Below the pieces are notes generated by a model. It worked only from the letters and a program-made list of their open reading frames with translations. It did no database searches and was not told the origin of the DNA. The translations under genes were made by a program, and so were the position numbers. 60,393 bases of DNA from an uncultured virus (IMG/VR IMGVR_UViG_3300010296_000006) (Duplodnaviria > Heunggongvirae > Uroviricota > Caudoviricetes): IMG/VR virus record IMGVR_UViG_3300010296_000006. One strand, 5' to 3'. Position 1 is the stretch's first letter, and each line of letters starts with the position of its first letter. Below are positions 1 through 13,300 of the stretch, piece by piece.

Positions 1-687
1 TTTTCTAGCAAAAGTTGACGCTGCAATATTTGTGTTAGAAATAACTAAGTTTTCTGCAGAAGTTGCTGTACCATATAACTTTGCATCGCTTGCTAGAGTA
101 ATACCCTTTTTTAACACAGTTGCTACTGAGAATCCAGTTTCTGCTTTTTTAAGAGAAAACTCAGTTTGTGCAGTTATACTAACCGGAACATTATTTACTC
201 TATCTATTATAACATTTTCAGTGGTATTTGTGCTGTTTATTACTTCTTCAAATCTTGATCCGGTACTAGCACCTTCACTATAATCTGGTCCAACTAAAAT
301 ATATCCACTTCCTGTATAAACATAAACTTGACTATTTGCAGTATCTACCCAAATATCACCAATTGTACTTGCACTTGCTTGAGGTTCACTTGCTGCTTTT
401 TTTAATCCGCTTGCACTTACCCATTGCGAACCATCATAAACTTTAAGTTGGTCTACTCCAGTTGTATTATCGTACCATAACTGTCCTTCAACTGGATTAG
501 ACGGACTTGTTGCAGAGGCAAAGTTTTCTAACATTTGAAGAAGATTTGTGTTTAATAGTTCACCAAAATCATTATAGTTTCTACCTATTAAAGTAATACT
601 GGTTTCACTGCTATTTGTAGCACCATCATCAACAGTTATAGCGCCTTTATTTGTAAAGTCTGTAAATCTTACTTCATAACCTGCCAT
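1..687 (-). CDS. Baseplate/tail-fibre-type structural protein (3' end runs off the window)
   Basis: Not in the ORF track because it is truncated. Hand translation from ATG at 687: MAGYEVRFTDFTNKGAITVDDG...LIGRNYNDFGELLNTNLLQMLENFASATSPSNPVEGQLWYD..., open to base 1. LLENFA..P..P.EGQLWYD is typical of fibre proteins of large myoviruses. Confidence 0.75.
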   Translation of the reverse strand, partial: MAGYEVRFTDFTNKGAITVDDGATNSSETSITLIGRNYNDFGELLNTNLLQMLENFASATSPSNPVEGQLWYDNTTGVDQLKVYDGSQWVSASGLKKAASEPQASASTIGDIWVDTANSQVYVYTGSGYILVGPDYSEGASTGSRFEEVINSTNTTENVIIDRVNNVPVSITAQTEFSLKKAETGFSVATVLKKGITLASDAKLYGTATSAENLVISNTNIAASTFARK

Positions 688-689
688 TT

Positions 690-1301
690 TTACCCCTCAC
701 TAAATCCGCTTAAACTTTGCACTCTTACAGTGTAATCTATTTGAATAAGTCTATTCAAACTTTTTTGTACAGGGTGAAAAATAACATGAGTGATTAATCT
801 ACCAGTTCCGCTTGTGCTATAACTTTTTAATCCTAACTCATCAAAAACATATATTCCATCTTGGTTAGCAGAAGTATCAAATGCATCTTGTCCTTCAGGC
901 TCTCCGTAATCTAATAAACATGTTACTAAAATGTCAGTATAGTTAGTACCAGATACGTGTCTAATTTCTGTTTTATTTCTAGTTGGATCGGTATTGTTAA
1001 CACTTCTGTCATCTACAACTTTATCAAATGTTTGATTATACAAAGTTGCATTTGTTCCAGTGCTGTTAGGAGTCAAATAAGTAATGATACCAGTTGGATC
1101 AACACTTGTACCGCCATTACCAAAACTCATACTATTAATAAAACCCTGTCCTTGATTGGCTAAACTTTCCGCTAATGCTATACTCATGTTTTCATAATGA
1201 ATAGCATTTCTTTTATTCACTAAAACATCGCCTGATATAGGATCATGAATTTTAATATGACCTTCAACGTGTATACCATTTAAATCTTTTAAATCTGTCA
1301 T
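690..1301 (-). CDS. Conserved baseplate/fibre-attachment structural protein
   Basis: ORF track 690..1385. The real start is probably the ATG at 1301 (MTDLKDLNGIHVEG), which avoids overlap with the upstream gene and follows a late-promoter motif. C-terminus FDELGL...LITHVIFHPVQKSLNR.IQIDYT is typical of tail-fibre-base proteins. Confidence 0.65.
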   Translation of the reverse strand: MTDLKDLNGIHVEGHIKIHDPISGDVLVNKRNAIHYENMSIALAESLANQGQGFINSMSFGNGGTSVDPTGIITYLTPNSTGTNATLYNQTFDKVVDDRSVNNTDPTRNKTEIRHVSGTNYTDILVTCLLDYGEPEGQDAFDTSANQDGIYVFDELGLKSYSTSGTGRLITHVIFHPVQKSLNRLIQIDYTVRVQSLSGFSEG

Positions 1302-1320
1302 TTGTTTGTACCTTATACTG

Positions 1321-1327
1321 TATTTAT
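1321..1327 (-). promoter_or_regulatory. Putative late promoter ATAAATA
   Basis: T4-late-like (TATAAATA) motif overlapping the stop of the 4593-aa gene. The same motif recurs in front of many structural genes. Confidence 0.55.
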
Positions 1328-4300
1328 TTAGGTAAGCTAATAGTTGCTCTACGGATGAATTTTGATATAGCATTATCCGAGTCACCTAAACTTTTTCCCG
1401 GATCATTCCATACTTTTCCTGTTTGTCTTACAATTTTTATTTCAGTTCCTTCTACAGGATCGTCTCTTAAATGTAAAACTGTTTCTTGTGTACTACCATC
1501 GCTGCTAATACGTGTTTCTAAACTAAAGTCAGGTTCAAGTATTGTATCACCTTCACTACTATCTAGCGCATTTGCAGGATTAAACACTGATAACTGAGTT
1601 TTAACTAACTTTTTACCAGCTACATATACATCTATTTCATTAATATCTGTTACAATATCATTTAAAATATGTTGAGTGCTATCTAGCGAAACTGCTTTAA
1701 TCGTTTGAACAATAGTTGTATCTTGGTAGTCGATTGTTTCGTTTGAACTTTGTCCATACATCCTGGTGCCTTCTTCATAAACATTTTTTACGCCGGTACC
1801 TAATGTGCCTCTTCTAAGTTGAGTAACTGTATTGTTTTTGATTTCAAAATATTCAACACGCTCACCTTCTATAAATAATACACCAGGTAGATTTTTAGAT
1901 CTATTAGGAATATATAAACCTTCGACACTTTCTAAATATATTGTATTATCATAGTAGTTTAAAGGACTTTGTAATACATAACTGTTTTCTTGATTTAAAC
2001 GCTTGTAATGAGTTCTACCAAGCATATCTTTGAATATTCTAAATCCAAACTTAGGTGTTACTGGTAGATTTCCAAATTGTAAAACGTCTATAACATCATT
2101 GTCTTGCGGAAGTTCTCTTAACCTAACTGCTTTAGCATCGTCGCTAACAATATAATCTTTTATTGGAGATAGAAGTACTCCGTTTTTAGATACCCATGCA
2201 TACGCTGTTCCTATTATAGGATCTTGTAGTTGTATTACGCCTGCACTTAAAAGATTACGTCTTACATAAGTATCGCTTGTTGGGCTTACGCTGGTAGAAG
2301 TGACATTATACGTGTATCTGTTAAAATCATTTACGTCATGATTACTAAACTGATATATTTCAATATTTTCGCCGCTACTAGGCGGAGTAGCAAATGTAAG
2401 ATTATTACTTAAAATATATTCAACACCTGAGACTTTAACCTGTGTACTGTCTTCTCCAGCAACACTCACTATAAATTCATTATCGGTTTGGAAAGCATCT
2501 TTTATGTCTTTTTGTATTGATCTAAATGTAATACAGTTATCTACAATTTTTTCAACAATACCTGAATACTCAGTACTATCTGATGCAAGTAAAGTTAATG
2601 TATCACCTTGTTGTACAAACTCTGTCATATCTAAGGCTGTACTATCAATACTTTCAAATTGAACTTCTGTATCTACCATATAATATTCAGCTTCTTTTAT
2701 GACATAAACAGAAAGTTGAGATCCTGGTAATACTACATCTGTGCGCAATAAATCAATAGTGCAGTTTACTGGATCATATGTCCAAGCATCGTCTGTAAGT
2801 TGTGTCATGCCTTCAAAAACTAGTACATCTTGTTGTTCTATTGCTGTAGTATCAGCAAAGTTCCATGCATCTAAATAATATGTTCTTTCTTCTGTAACTG
2901 CAAACTGTATGCTGTATCCTGGATTTAATATTTTGTTATTTGATTTTACTAGTAATCTATGAGAAAGAGGTACAGCATTAAATGGAACAGGTATATCTCC
3001 TGTAAACTTATGATAATAGTTTTCTCCATTTGATTCAAAAGTATTATCTATAATAATCTGACTGTAAGTAGTTGCAATAGAATTGTAAATAGAATATTGT
3101 ATATGATCACCATCAACAAGTATACCAGGCTCAAACTGTATTTTTACTCGTTGTGGATATGGTTCATCTGCGCTACTTTCAACCAACGTGTATTGATTGT
3201 TTTGTGTTTGAACTTTACCATTTACAGTGACTAAAGCACTTCTCTCGTTATCCCAAGACACTGATGTCACGATTCCAGTAGTACTACCGTCAAATATTGT
3301 TGTATCTGTATCTAGTAAACCTGTACCATTAGTACCATAACTTATAATACTTAATGTATTACCGATACTACTTGTACTATCATCAAACAAAAGTGTTTTA
3401 TTGATCCAATCAATAGAGTATCTATCACTCGACAATATTTCGTCATCCAACTTAACAATCACAGCATCATTTGATTGCGGTAAACCAGGCAATGCATATA
3501 CATCAGTGCTATCATTTTCGATTCTATAGTTTGCAACTGTAATGTTTGCAACACCATCGCTTGCTCTTGTATAAACTTGTATATCTAATGTGTCAATAAC
3601 TTTGCCTGGGACCATTTCTTCTGGTCCTTTAGAAGTATTTAAAGTATAGAATCCATCGCCATCTACTGTAATATCTCCTGCTTCGATTCCTGTTGCAGTT
3701 GTATATCCTAAATCACCGCCACTTAAAGCAGTATCATATGTTGTTGCAACAGGTGTGAAACTTCCATCACTTGTACTTTTACTAATAATAACTTTATCAC
3801 CAGGTGCTGTTGAAATATCTGTTAAATCTATTGTTACTTCAATAGTGCTATCATCGCCTTGTATTGGTAACATTTGAGCATATATATTTTCAAGAATAGT
3901 TGTTCCATCATATGCTGGATCATCTAATCTGTATATCTTCCAATCATCTTCTTGAGTTTCTCCAGCTACTTTTACATATACATTATACTCGTAACCTGTT
4001 TCTAATGCTTGAGATAAAATATATGTTTCTACTAAAGTACTATCTGAAGTTATTTCAAAGATTTCATCTTCAAATGTATTTACAAATGTATCAAAACCAG
4101 TTCCTGCAAATCCACCAATATCAAACCCTGTTTCTGTACCAAAATCAATACTATCATATATAGCACCTTCATATTCAACACCTGACATAAGTTGTGATAA
4201 ATCATTTCCAGGCATACCAGCAGTTGGAGAATAATACAATGTTGTTCTATCAGCGGCACTTAGCATAGATACATCTTTTTTGTAAGTAATAGATATTACT

Positions 4301-7300
4301 GCATCTATAGCTGGTGCATCAATAATGTTTATATAACCTTGTTTTCTTTCGTAGGTTTTTTTATTATTGCTTTCATTACCAAACAAATATTCACTCGATA
4401 ACAACTTTTTGTTGTCCACAGTAACTTCAAAAGTGTTAATATTTAAGTTCATTGGCCATTCAAGTTGGAACTTATTTTTAGCACCAGTTCCTGTAAATGT
4501 TTCACTAGTATCTATGTTTGCAATATAAGTTTTTCCAGATACTCTATCAAACTTCATTATCATATGAGTGCTTCTGATATTAGCGTTACCTAATATTGCA
4601 GACGCTCTTGCTGGTGTTCCGTCATCTGCTAAGTTGCCTTCAAGAGTCACAACAGGAGCAGTATAATATTTTCCGCCCTTGTTTGTTATTTGTATTTCTT
4701 TTACGCTACCTCTTGATAAAAATGCTTCAGCAGTTGTACCGTTGTCTCCTGATATAAAAACTTGAGGCGCTGACAAATAACCGCTACCACCATCTGCAAC
4801 TTTTATAGACACAACATCATATGTGTTGTTATCTACCCAACTTTTAAAAGGATATTGTTCATATTTGGAATCAAGAAACTCTATATTATTATTTTGTAAA
4901 ACAGCTTTACTTGTTTCTATTTCCTTGGTAATACTATTATGACTTGGAGGTAAATCAAAATCAGTGACTAAAGATCCAGTTGGATCTACTTTTGTATAAG
5001 AACTTACATATTCTCTAACTTTTGTCTTATATGGTTTTACTTCATTTACATAATCTTGGTAACTTTCTAGGTTATCATTTTGATAACTTATTTTTTGTTC
5101 TAACTCAGATACATTATGTTTTGCTTTTACAAAACTTGTTTTAAATGCCCAGTCAACATTAGATTGTTCAGAAAACACATATCTTAATGATGCAAAAAAT
5201 AGCTTATTATATTCAATAGATAAATCTGCTACAAATATATCATCTTTTATTGCAGTTAAAATATTACGTAGTTCTTGAATAGGTTCTCTATCATAAAAAC
5301 CACTATCATATATTGAAGCGTCATATCCGCTTGTTACAAAACTATAATCATACAATCTTGTGCTTAAACTTATAGTTCCATTTTGTCTACCAATAGTTTC
5401 GTAGTTTACAGTATAATCTTCGACTAGTTGATTATCTATTTTCTTTAATAATAACCAACCTCCTGAACCAACATTTTCAATTTTAACAATATCGTTGATA
5501 TTTGCATCAAGAGCAAACAAATCATATGTATAACTAGCAATATGATTTATTGCAGTATTACTATTGTATCCAGTAGCATACCAATCTGCATAATCCCAAT
5601 ATTTTGTTGTATCATAGTTTTGGTTATTTGTTCTTACCCATTCTTTATTTTGATAGCTGTAGATTGCCCATCTACCTCCTACTGTATCGTCGTTTTCTAC
5701 TAATACAGAAAAGTCTCTAATCGATAGCTGTGTATTACTATCATAATCAAACCCTTGCGTTACTACTGTAACACTAACAACTTTACCAACACTGTCTATA
5801 GATGTTTTTAAATATGCGTTTTTGCCATTGGCTGATGTTATTTTAACTAAAGGAGCATTTTTATATCCGCGGCCTGGATTTATTATATTAGCACCAGTTA
5901 TTCTACCATTTTCTACAATAGGTGTTAAAGAAGCAGTTTGTACTTTAGAAACTTCTACAAATCTTAAAAGACTTGCTGAATCAGCAGTTGTATCAAACAA
6001 CCCACTCGAAGCCAATGGTACTTCATCTTTGTCAAGTAACTTTGTAATAACATAGTTATCTACTATAGGAATAGTTGTAAATACACTGTTTACCCTTTCA
6101 ACAAACTGTTTTACAGCTTCGAGTCTATTAATAAACATACCCTGTCTAGGAAAGTTTAAAACGCCTATTTTTTGACTTGCTGGAATATCTTTATCTGGAA
6201 CTGGTTTAACATTTTCATCATATCCTACTAAACTATCTATCCATTTTCTTTCTATCTCAGAATCAATAGGTGTAGTTGCATATCCTTCGCTTAATAACTG
6301 ATATTCATAATGAATATTATTTTTATTTTCTTGGTTTTTATTAAAACTAATATGTAAAATTGAATCAGTGCCACTTACATATGATTTAATATTATATAAT
6401 GCAAAACTATTCGAACTTAATGGTGTAATAAATCTATATCCATAATCTTGCGGCGCTGTGATTATCTTTGCAACATCGTCTGCACTAAGTTTTCTAACAC
6501 CATCTTCAGGCACATCAAGTTTATTTTTTACCCAATAAAAGTAATAGTTTGTAAACGACTGTTTTACCTCATCAAATATAGGTCTAGTGCTAAATGTATT
6601 ATCATCATATAATGCAGTACCAGTTATTCCATTGGCAAAGCCTTGTGCTGTATTTGCAATATTATTCCATTCACTTGGAAGTAAACTTGTGCCTACCCAT
6701 TCACATACTTCAATCTCAAAACCTGAAACAAGTTTATTAAAGTAAGATGTTCTATATGTGTTGCTATCTTGATATGGATTGTACCAAGCTGCTTTACTAA
6801 CATTCCACCAAAGTCTACCTACTTGTGTATCGGTCCAGTTAAGTCCTGCATCAACAGTAACATTACTAGAATCACTTGTTGTATAAACAGCAGGATCATA
6901 AGTTGTTTTATAATATATTTCTTGTTCAGCAGGACCAGGTATTTTTCCTAAACGAGGATCAATAAAATCCAAGTTGGTAATAATATCTTTTGTCTTTTTG
7001 TCATATATGAAAACACGATTGATGTTTGAAATATTAACTTTTTCTTCTTGATTAACTAAAACCTGCCAACTGTCAGTAGATTTGTTAATCCTAAAATCTG
7101 CAATAACACCGAGATTTGTATATGTACTATCTAAGTAGAGTAGGTCATCAACTTTGTTTTCTGTTGCTGGAATCATGTCTGCAAATGCAACATATATATG
7201 ATTGTCTACAAAGTTAAAATAATCATAATCGTATGTACTTGTATCTCTTAAATATTTTAAAGTTTCAGCATATACAAATTTATCAGCAATCTCTTCAAAT

Positions 7301-10300
7301 ATTTGTATTCCGCCAGTATTTTCCTCAACGTAACCAAAACTTGTGTTACCTGCATCAAATATTGTTTCGTCGTTGTCAAACGATGTTTTATATATTGTGT
7401 CAATATTTTTTCCAACTACTGCAAGTTTATTACCACTAAACTTCATGTTTTGGCCAAAAAGTTTATGTCCACCTTTAAATGGATTTTCAACTAGTTGTTG
7501 GAACGCATATTCAGTAATGCCCATTCCTGTTTGTTTATAAACGTAAACAGCGCCACTATCTGTGCTAGAGCCATCATAATATTGAGCACTTACTGCAACT
7601 TTATCTCCGTTATCATTTATTGATACATTCCTACCAAATAAGTTTTCAAACTCATTTTCTAATGTTTGTACATATTGCCAACGGAAATACGGAGCAGCAT
7701 ATATTCCTACTTTTCTTTCTTTTGTATTAACAGTGTTGATGCTAGTGAAAACTAAAACATCACCGTGTTTGTTTACGTCAAAGTTTTCACCTATTCTTGC
7801 TCCATTAACAAAAATATTTTGACTGTTTGGATTTAAACTTTCTGCAAAGTTTGGAACATACCCTGTATGTTCTTTCCATGTATCCTCACCTGTAAGTAAC
7901 TCCCATTTTGTAGCATCAGTTGGATCTGCTTGTCCAGGCGTCAAGTTATCTAGTGCTTTATAAAATGCATAATCGTATAGTACAACATCATTTGTATTAT
8001 AAGCATATGTGTTACTATACTGTCCTTTATAATCTCTGTCAACAGTATATTCCCATCCATTTATATCATCATAGTTTACAAAATATATTTTACCAGCAGC
8101 GTTTCCAGGCGCACCTATAAACAACTTTAATCCAGATGTAGGGTTATTTCTAAAATGTAGTTTGTAGCCAAACTCTTCATTTGCTGTAGGATTTGGACTT
8201 GTTATAATAGTATCTAATTCGTAAAGTTGTGTGTCACCTTTTTTAAATATGTAAACAACACCTTGATTGTTTAGTCCGCTTGCTGTTCCAAAGTTATCTG
8301 CAGGTATCATATAAACAGGAGAAAAATCTTCATTTAAACTGTTTATTGTACTGCCGTCTTGGCCAACTTTATAATCTATGTCATCAATATTTTTGTTGGC
8401 TTTCCATAAAATACCTCTGTCAGCTACAATATCATTGTATAAAATGTTTGCACTATCTGCGCTATACAAGTCTCCAACAAACTTTGTTTTTACATTGCTT
8501 GCATCAGGTGCACCAACAGCTATATATTTTCCATCTGGGCTGATTGCTATACTTGCTCCAAAGTTAGCATCGTCATCGTGGTAAGTAGTATCTGGTGTTA
8601 AATCGTATACAGATGTTTTTTCAAATGATTCGTTTGGTCTAGACCATATTTTTACTGAGCCCACATTACTAGGGTTTTGATAACTAGGTGCCCCCACTGC
8701 TAACAATGTATTATTATCATTAACTGCAAAGGCACTTAAAAACTCAACATCTGTTTCATAGGTGCTGTTTACTTCTTCTTGCAAGTTCCAGTTTTTAGTA
8801 TTTTTATAGACAGACCAATCTCCGTTGCTGTCTGTATCAAGCCAAACTTTTGTATTAGTATAAGATTTAGGATCACGAATACTAGTTATCCAATCATCTA
8901 CTGTAGTGAAACGACTAGTAACAAATCTAGATATTCCAGGTATACTGCTGTCATTAAATGCTGTAACATCCACATCAGTTGATGTTTCAACAGTAATAGA
9001 AGCACCATTTACATCAATAACTTTAAAAAATCCTCTACCACTCTGTACACTGCTGTAAATACCTATAACTTCATCTTTATTAATATTATGAGAATAAGTA
9101 TCTACAGTAAGAGTGTAACCAGGAACACCTTGTAAAATATCATTGTTTACTTCTAACTTGTTTACTAATAAATCAGTTTCAACATTTTGCAAAACATTCC
9201 AAACTTGGCCTTGTTGATGAACCCAAACATTGTCTCCGATTTTTACTTGCTCAATATCTAAATTTACTAACTCGTCATAAACATGCACTTGCCACTCAAC
9301 ATCTTTATCTCTTACATATCCTGCATCTCTAGTGTATATGTCATTATCTGTTCTAGTGTTAAATGGGGTATGTGTATAACCTGTTGGTTTTGCATAAGTT
9401 TGATAGTTTGCAATCTCAAATGTCAAATCAGTACGATTTTTACTTAAATTGTCAACAAGTTCAACTATTTGAGGTTCAGTTTTAAAATATTTGTCATTTA
9501 GTTGATATTCAACTTCTTCTATATTATCAATACTTCCATACTGTCCTAATCTAAGCGCCCATTCTTCAAAAAATTCTATACTGTCTGTATTTGCTGTGCT
9601 TAACGGATCAAAAAGTTTAGTTAAAGCATTTTTTGTACCTTTATCTTGTATAAACCCTTGATAAAACTTGTATTGGCTGGTTGGATCAGTTATAATATTA
9701 TTTAAATATTCACGTTTTTGATATCCTATCAAATGTTGAGCTAATCTTTGTTGTTCAGTATCAAAGTTATCAGTATCTAGATCGTAAAAATCTCCAAACT
9801 GTTTTGCTTTATAATCCCAGTTAGGAAATAGTTGATCTTGAGGTTTTTGAGATAACAAAATCCATTTTGTACTGTCAAATGTTGCTCCACTTGTATGCCC
9901 TGATGTGTTTGAATAATAAAACTGTTTGAACTTTACAAGATCACCAATATTATAATCAGTATTAGGAGACCATTCAATAACTTTTGCTTCGTCATAAAAG
10001 AAGCCAGGAACATTAAGTGTACCATCCCAATAATCTGTTTTGTATCCTACAACTTTTATTCTTTCTTGTCTATATCCTGGAATGACATCAAATATTATAT
10101 CATTAAAGACAGTTTCGTTATCAACTAAAATAATATGCTCTGTTTGTATTAATGGCAACTTAGCTAGATAAATACTTTCCGTTATAGTCTTAACATTAAA
10201 ATCAAGGTTATCTCTATAAAGATTTAACACAGAAGGATTTAGACTTTCTCCATCTGCTGATAATAAACTAAAGTTATAAAAAGGATCGTATAGGTTGTCA

Positions 10301-13300
10301 ACACCAAAATAATCTTTTTGATATTTGAGTGCATTTGCAACAGGACTAGTTGCAATCACTGCACCATTATCCCAGTTTTGTGTGTTAAAAAATAAAAACT
10401 CTTTAATACACAATGTCATATCTTCTAAAATACCTGTGTCACTTACATTGTCAAAAATAAATCCTTGTTGTTTTAGATAGGCTTCGTAGCCGCACATAAA
10501 ATCAACCACATCTTGTATTGTCTCAAAATATGTTCCGTAATAAACTTTTGTTAAATCGTTAAAATCAAATACACGTCTAATCTTTGCACTTTTTCCTCCA
10601 ACTTCAGGAAGTTTGGCTAGTTTTACAAAGTTTTCACTGTTAAAAGTTGCATCACTTGTATGAGTAATCGATGCCCTATAATATTGACTATTATAAAATA
10701 CTACAGTTCCTTTTGTATAAAGTTGATTTGATCCCCAGTTGACAAAAGTTTCACTTACACCTCCGACTGTTATTCCTGGATCATTAAACTGTTCTATGTG
10801 CTTATATGAATAAAATACTGGATTAGCATTATCATAACCTCTTATTGTAAATCCTTTTGATTCACCGTCTGCATTTTTTATCTGTTCTATAATCATACCA
10901 GAAATAACAGATAAATCTAATACTGAACTTTTGTTTAAAAATATTTTGTAGTTTTCATCTGGAACAAAAACACTAGTTTTATTCAAAGGACTTCTACTAT
11001 CTAACACTAGTTTTATTTTACTTTTATCTGCAAAACCGCCAAGTCTTAAACTTAACTGATTTTTAATATTGGATAACTCGTTTTGATAATCAGTTAAGTT
11101 TGCATCTATTCTAGAATTAATATTTGCTGCAACATAGTTTATAATACCAGAAGTGTAATATTGAATATTATCTTTAATTTTAGGAACAACTATATCTGTA
11201 AGTTTTATAGATTTTTGTGTGTCTTTCCACACAATATTACCCACTATGTTTTTCGTGATACGACTTCTATCAAAACCTAAGCCAAATACTGTTGCAGGGT
11301 TTAATAACATCCATGCTTTTAACAAACTAAACACGTAATCGCTACTGCGTCTCCAAGCATTTTCTGCAGGACTAATATCTCCATAAGTAAAAATATTTTT
11401 AACATTTTGTATTAAAACATTATTTGCTAATCCACTTGTAGTGGGATCTATTAATCTACCATATTCATCTACTGGTATATGTTTTGTTAAATCAGTTCTT
11501 ACATATTTTGTATTAACAGAAATAGGCTTATTTGGTTCACGTATAATACCTTTTTCTAAATCTTGCCATAAAACTAAGTTGTCTCTGGTATAAGGAGCTG
11601 GCCCATAAACTTCTTCCCACCATTTTGGTTTAATATAAAAACCTAACATTTCCCATGGATTTGTATGAGGACGATCTGTGTCGTAGAAAGTTTTGTATAC
11701 ATTTCTCCAAGAGCCTTGTAATATTTTACCATTAAAATCATTTGTACCGGTATAGTTGTATGTGAATCCATTTCCGTCAACAACATTATTTTTTGTGTAA
11801 TCGTAGTTGTTTGCAAAAGATAACCATTCACTAAATCCATTTAACATTGCTGCATCAATGTCTTTTTGAGTAAAATATGTTGTTCTATCTGACGATGGAA
11901 TAAAATCGTGAATATCTAAAATAGTAGGATCGTATTTTACTTTAATATTGTTGAATATTCTTTTTTCTAGTTCTAAAAGTAAATCGTCTCTGTAATCATC
12001 ATAAGCAACAACAATACTTCCATCGTGTCCTTGGATTACTTTTTGAGGTGTTAAGTACGTTGTGTCTACAAATATTTGAGGCTGATATGCTGGAAGTAAT
12101 CCTAACTTTACAGGAGTAGGTGGAACAAAGCTACCATTTGTGTTTTCATATTCATATATTTTTACAACATCGTTTATTTGTAGTTCACGATCTATGTAAA
12201 CAAAGCCATTACTAAAAGTATAATCTATTTCATGTAAAAGTTGAACATCGTTTAGGTATACTAACACTGCTTTTGAATTTGGTGTAGTTAAATCAAATGT
12301 GTTTTTTAACGCAAAATAATCAGGTCCTGTAAACTCTACAGTATGTTCTTCAAATGTAAATCCAGAAAATGGAATCATGTCACTTGTATAAAATGGTTGT
12401 TGTGTTGATTTATCTTTGTTAATAACTTTAATAATGTAATCTACATGATCTTTGACTGAGCCAAAAAACCCAGAACTTTCTGCTTCTCTTAAAAAGGCTC
12501 GTTTGAAAGTATTGTATTGTTTTCTTGCAAGATTCAAACCAGATATTGCATTATATTCTTTTGAAACTAAATGATACAAAGGTAGGTTTAATGGTCCTTC
12601 GTGCTGTAACAATAATCTACCATAACTGCTTAACTCTCCTAAATCTCTAAGATTGTTTACACCTAACGATTCTCCTTCAAAATCTGGATGAAACTCTGTT
12701 ATAGTTTTTACATGATCAGTTATTTCACCTAAAGTAAAAGTTGTTATATTTTCATTTAATGGATTTCTTTCATAGTTTAATGGAATCTCATAAGTACCGT
12801 TGTTGTTTTTTGGAGAGTTAGAATAACATTTTATAACCACTAAAGCATATGCATTTAAGTCGTTTGGTAATGTAACAAAAGCAAGACTGTTTCTTTTTGT
12901 AATACTAAACAAGTTTGTTTTTTTGCCATCTATATAAACTTTTACAAATAAATCATCTAAGTTTCCTGCATTAGTAAAACAATCTATAGGAAAGTTATTC
13001 AACATATTGTTGTACTGAAGTATTACAGGTTGTATTGTTTTTTTATTTGTTTTTACCCATGCATTTTTGTACTCAAAGTTATCTCCAAGATAGTTATATT
13101 TTTTCAAAAATAAAACATCCGAGTTAACACTAAAATCATTTTGTAGTTCGTCTTGGTATGATATTGTTTCAGACAAAAGATTATAATCAAATACAATATC
13201 ACCTATATTATTGATGTTTCTATATTTTATAGGAAATCCTAAAATACTATCATTTGGTCCAGATCCAACTGCGTAACTAAAAACTTTATTTCCTTTAAAC

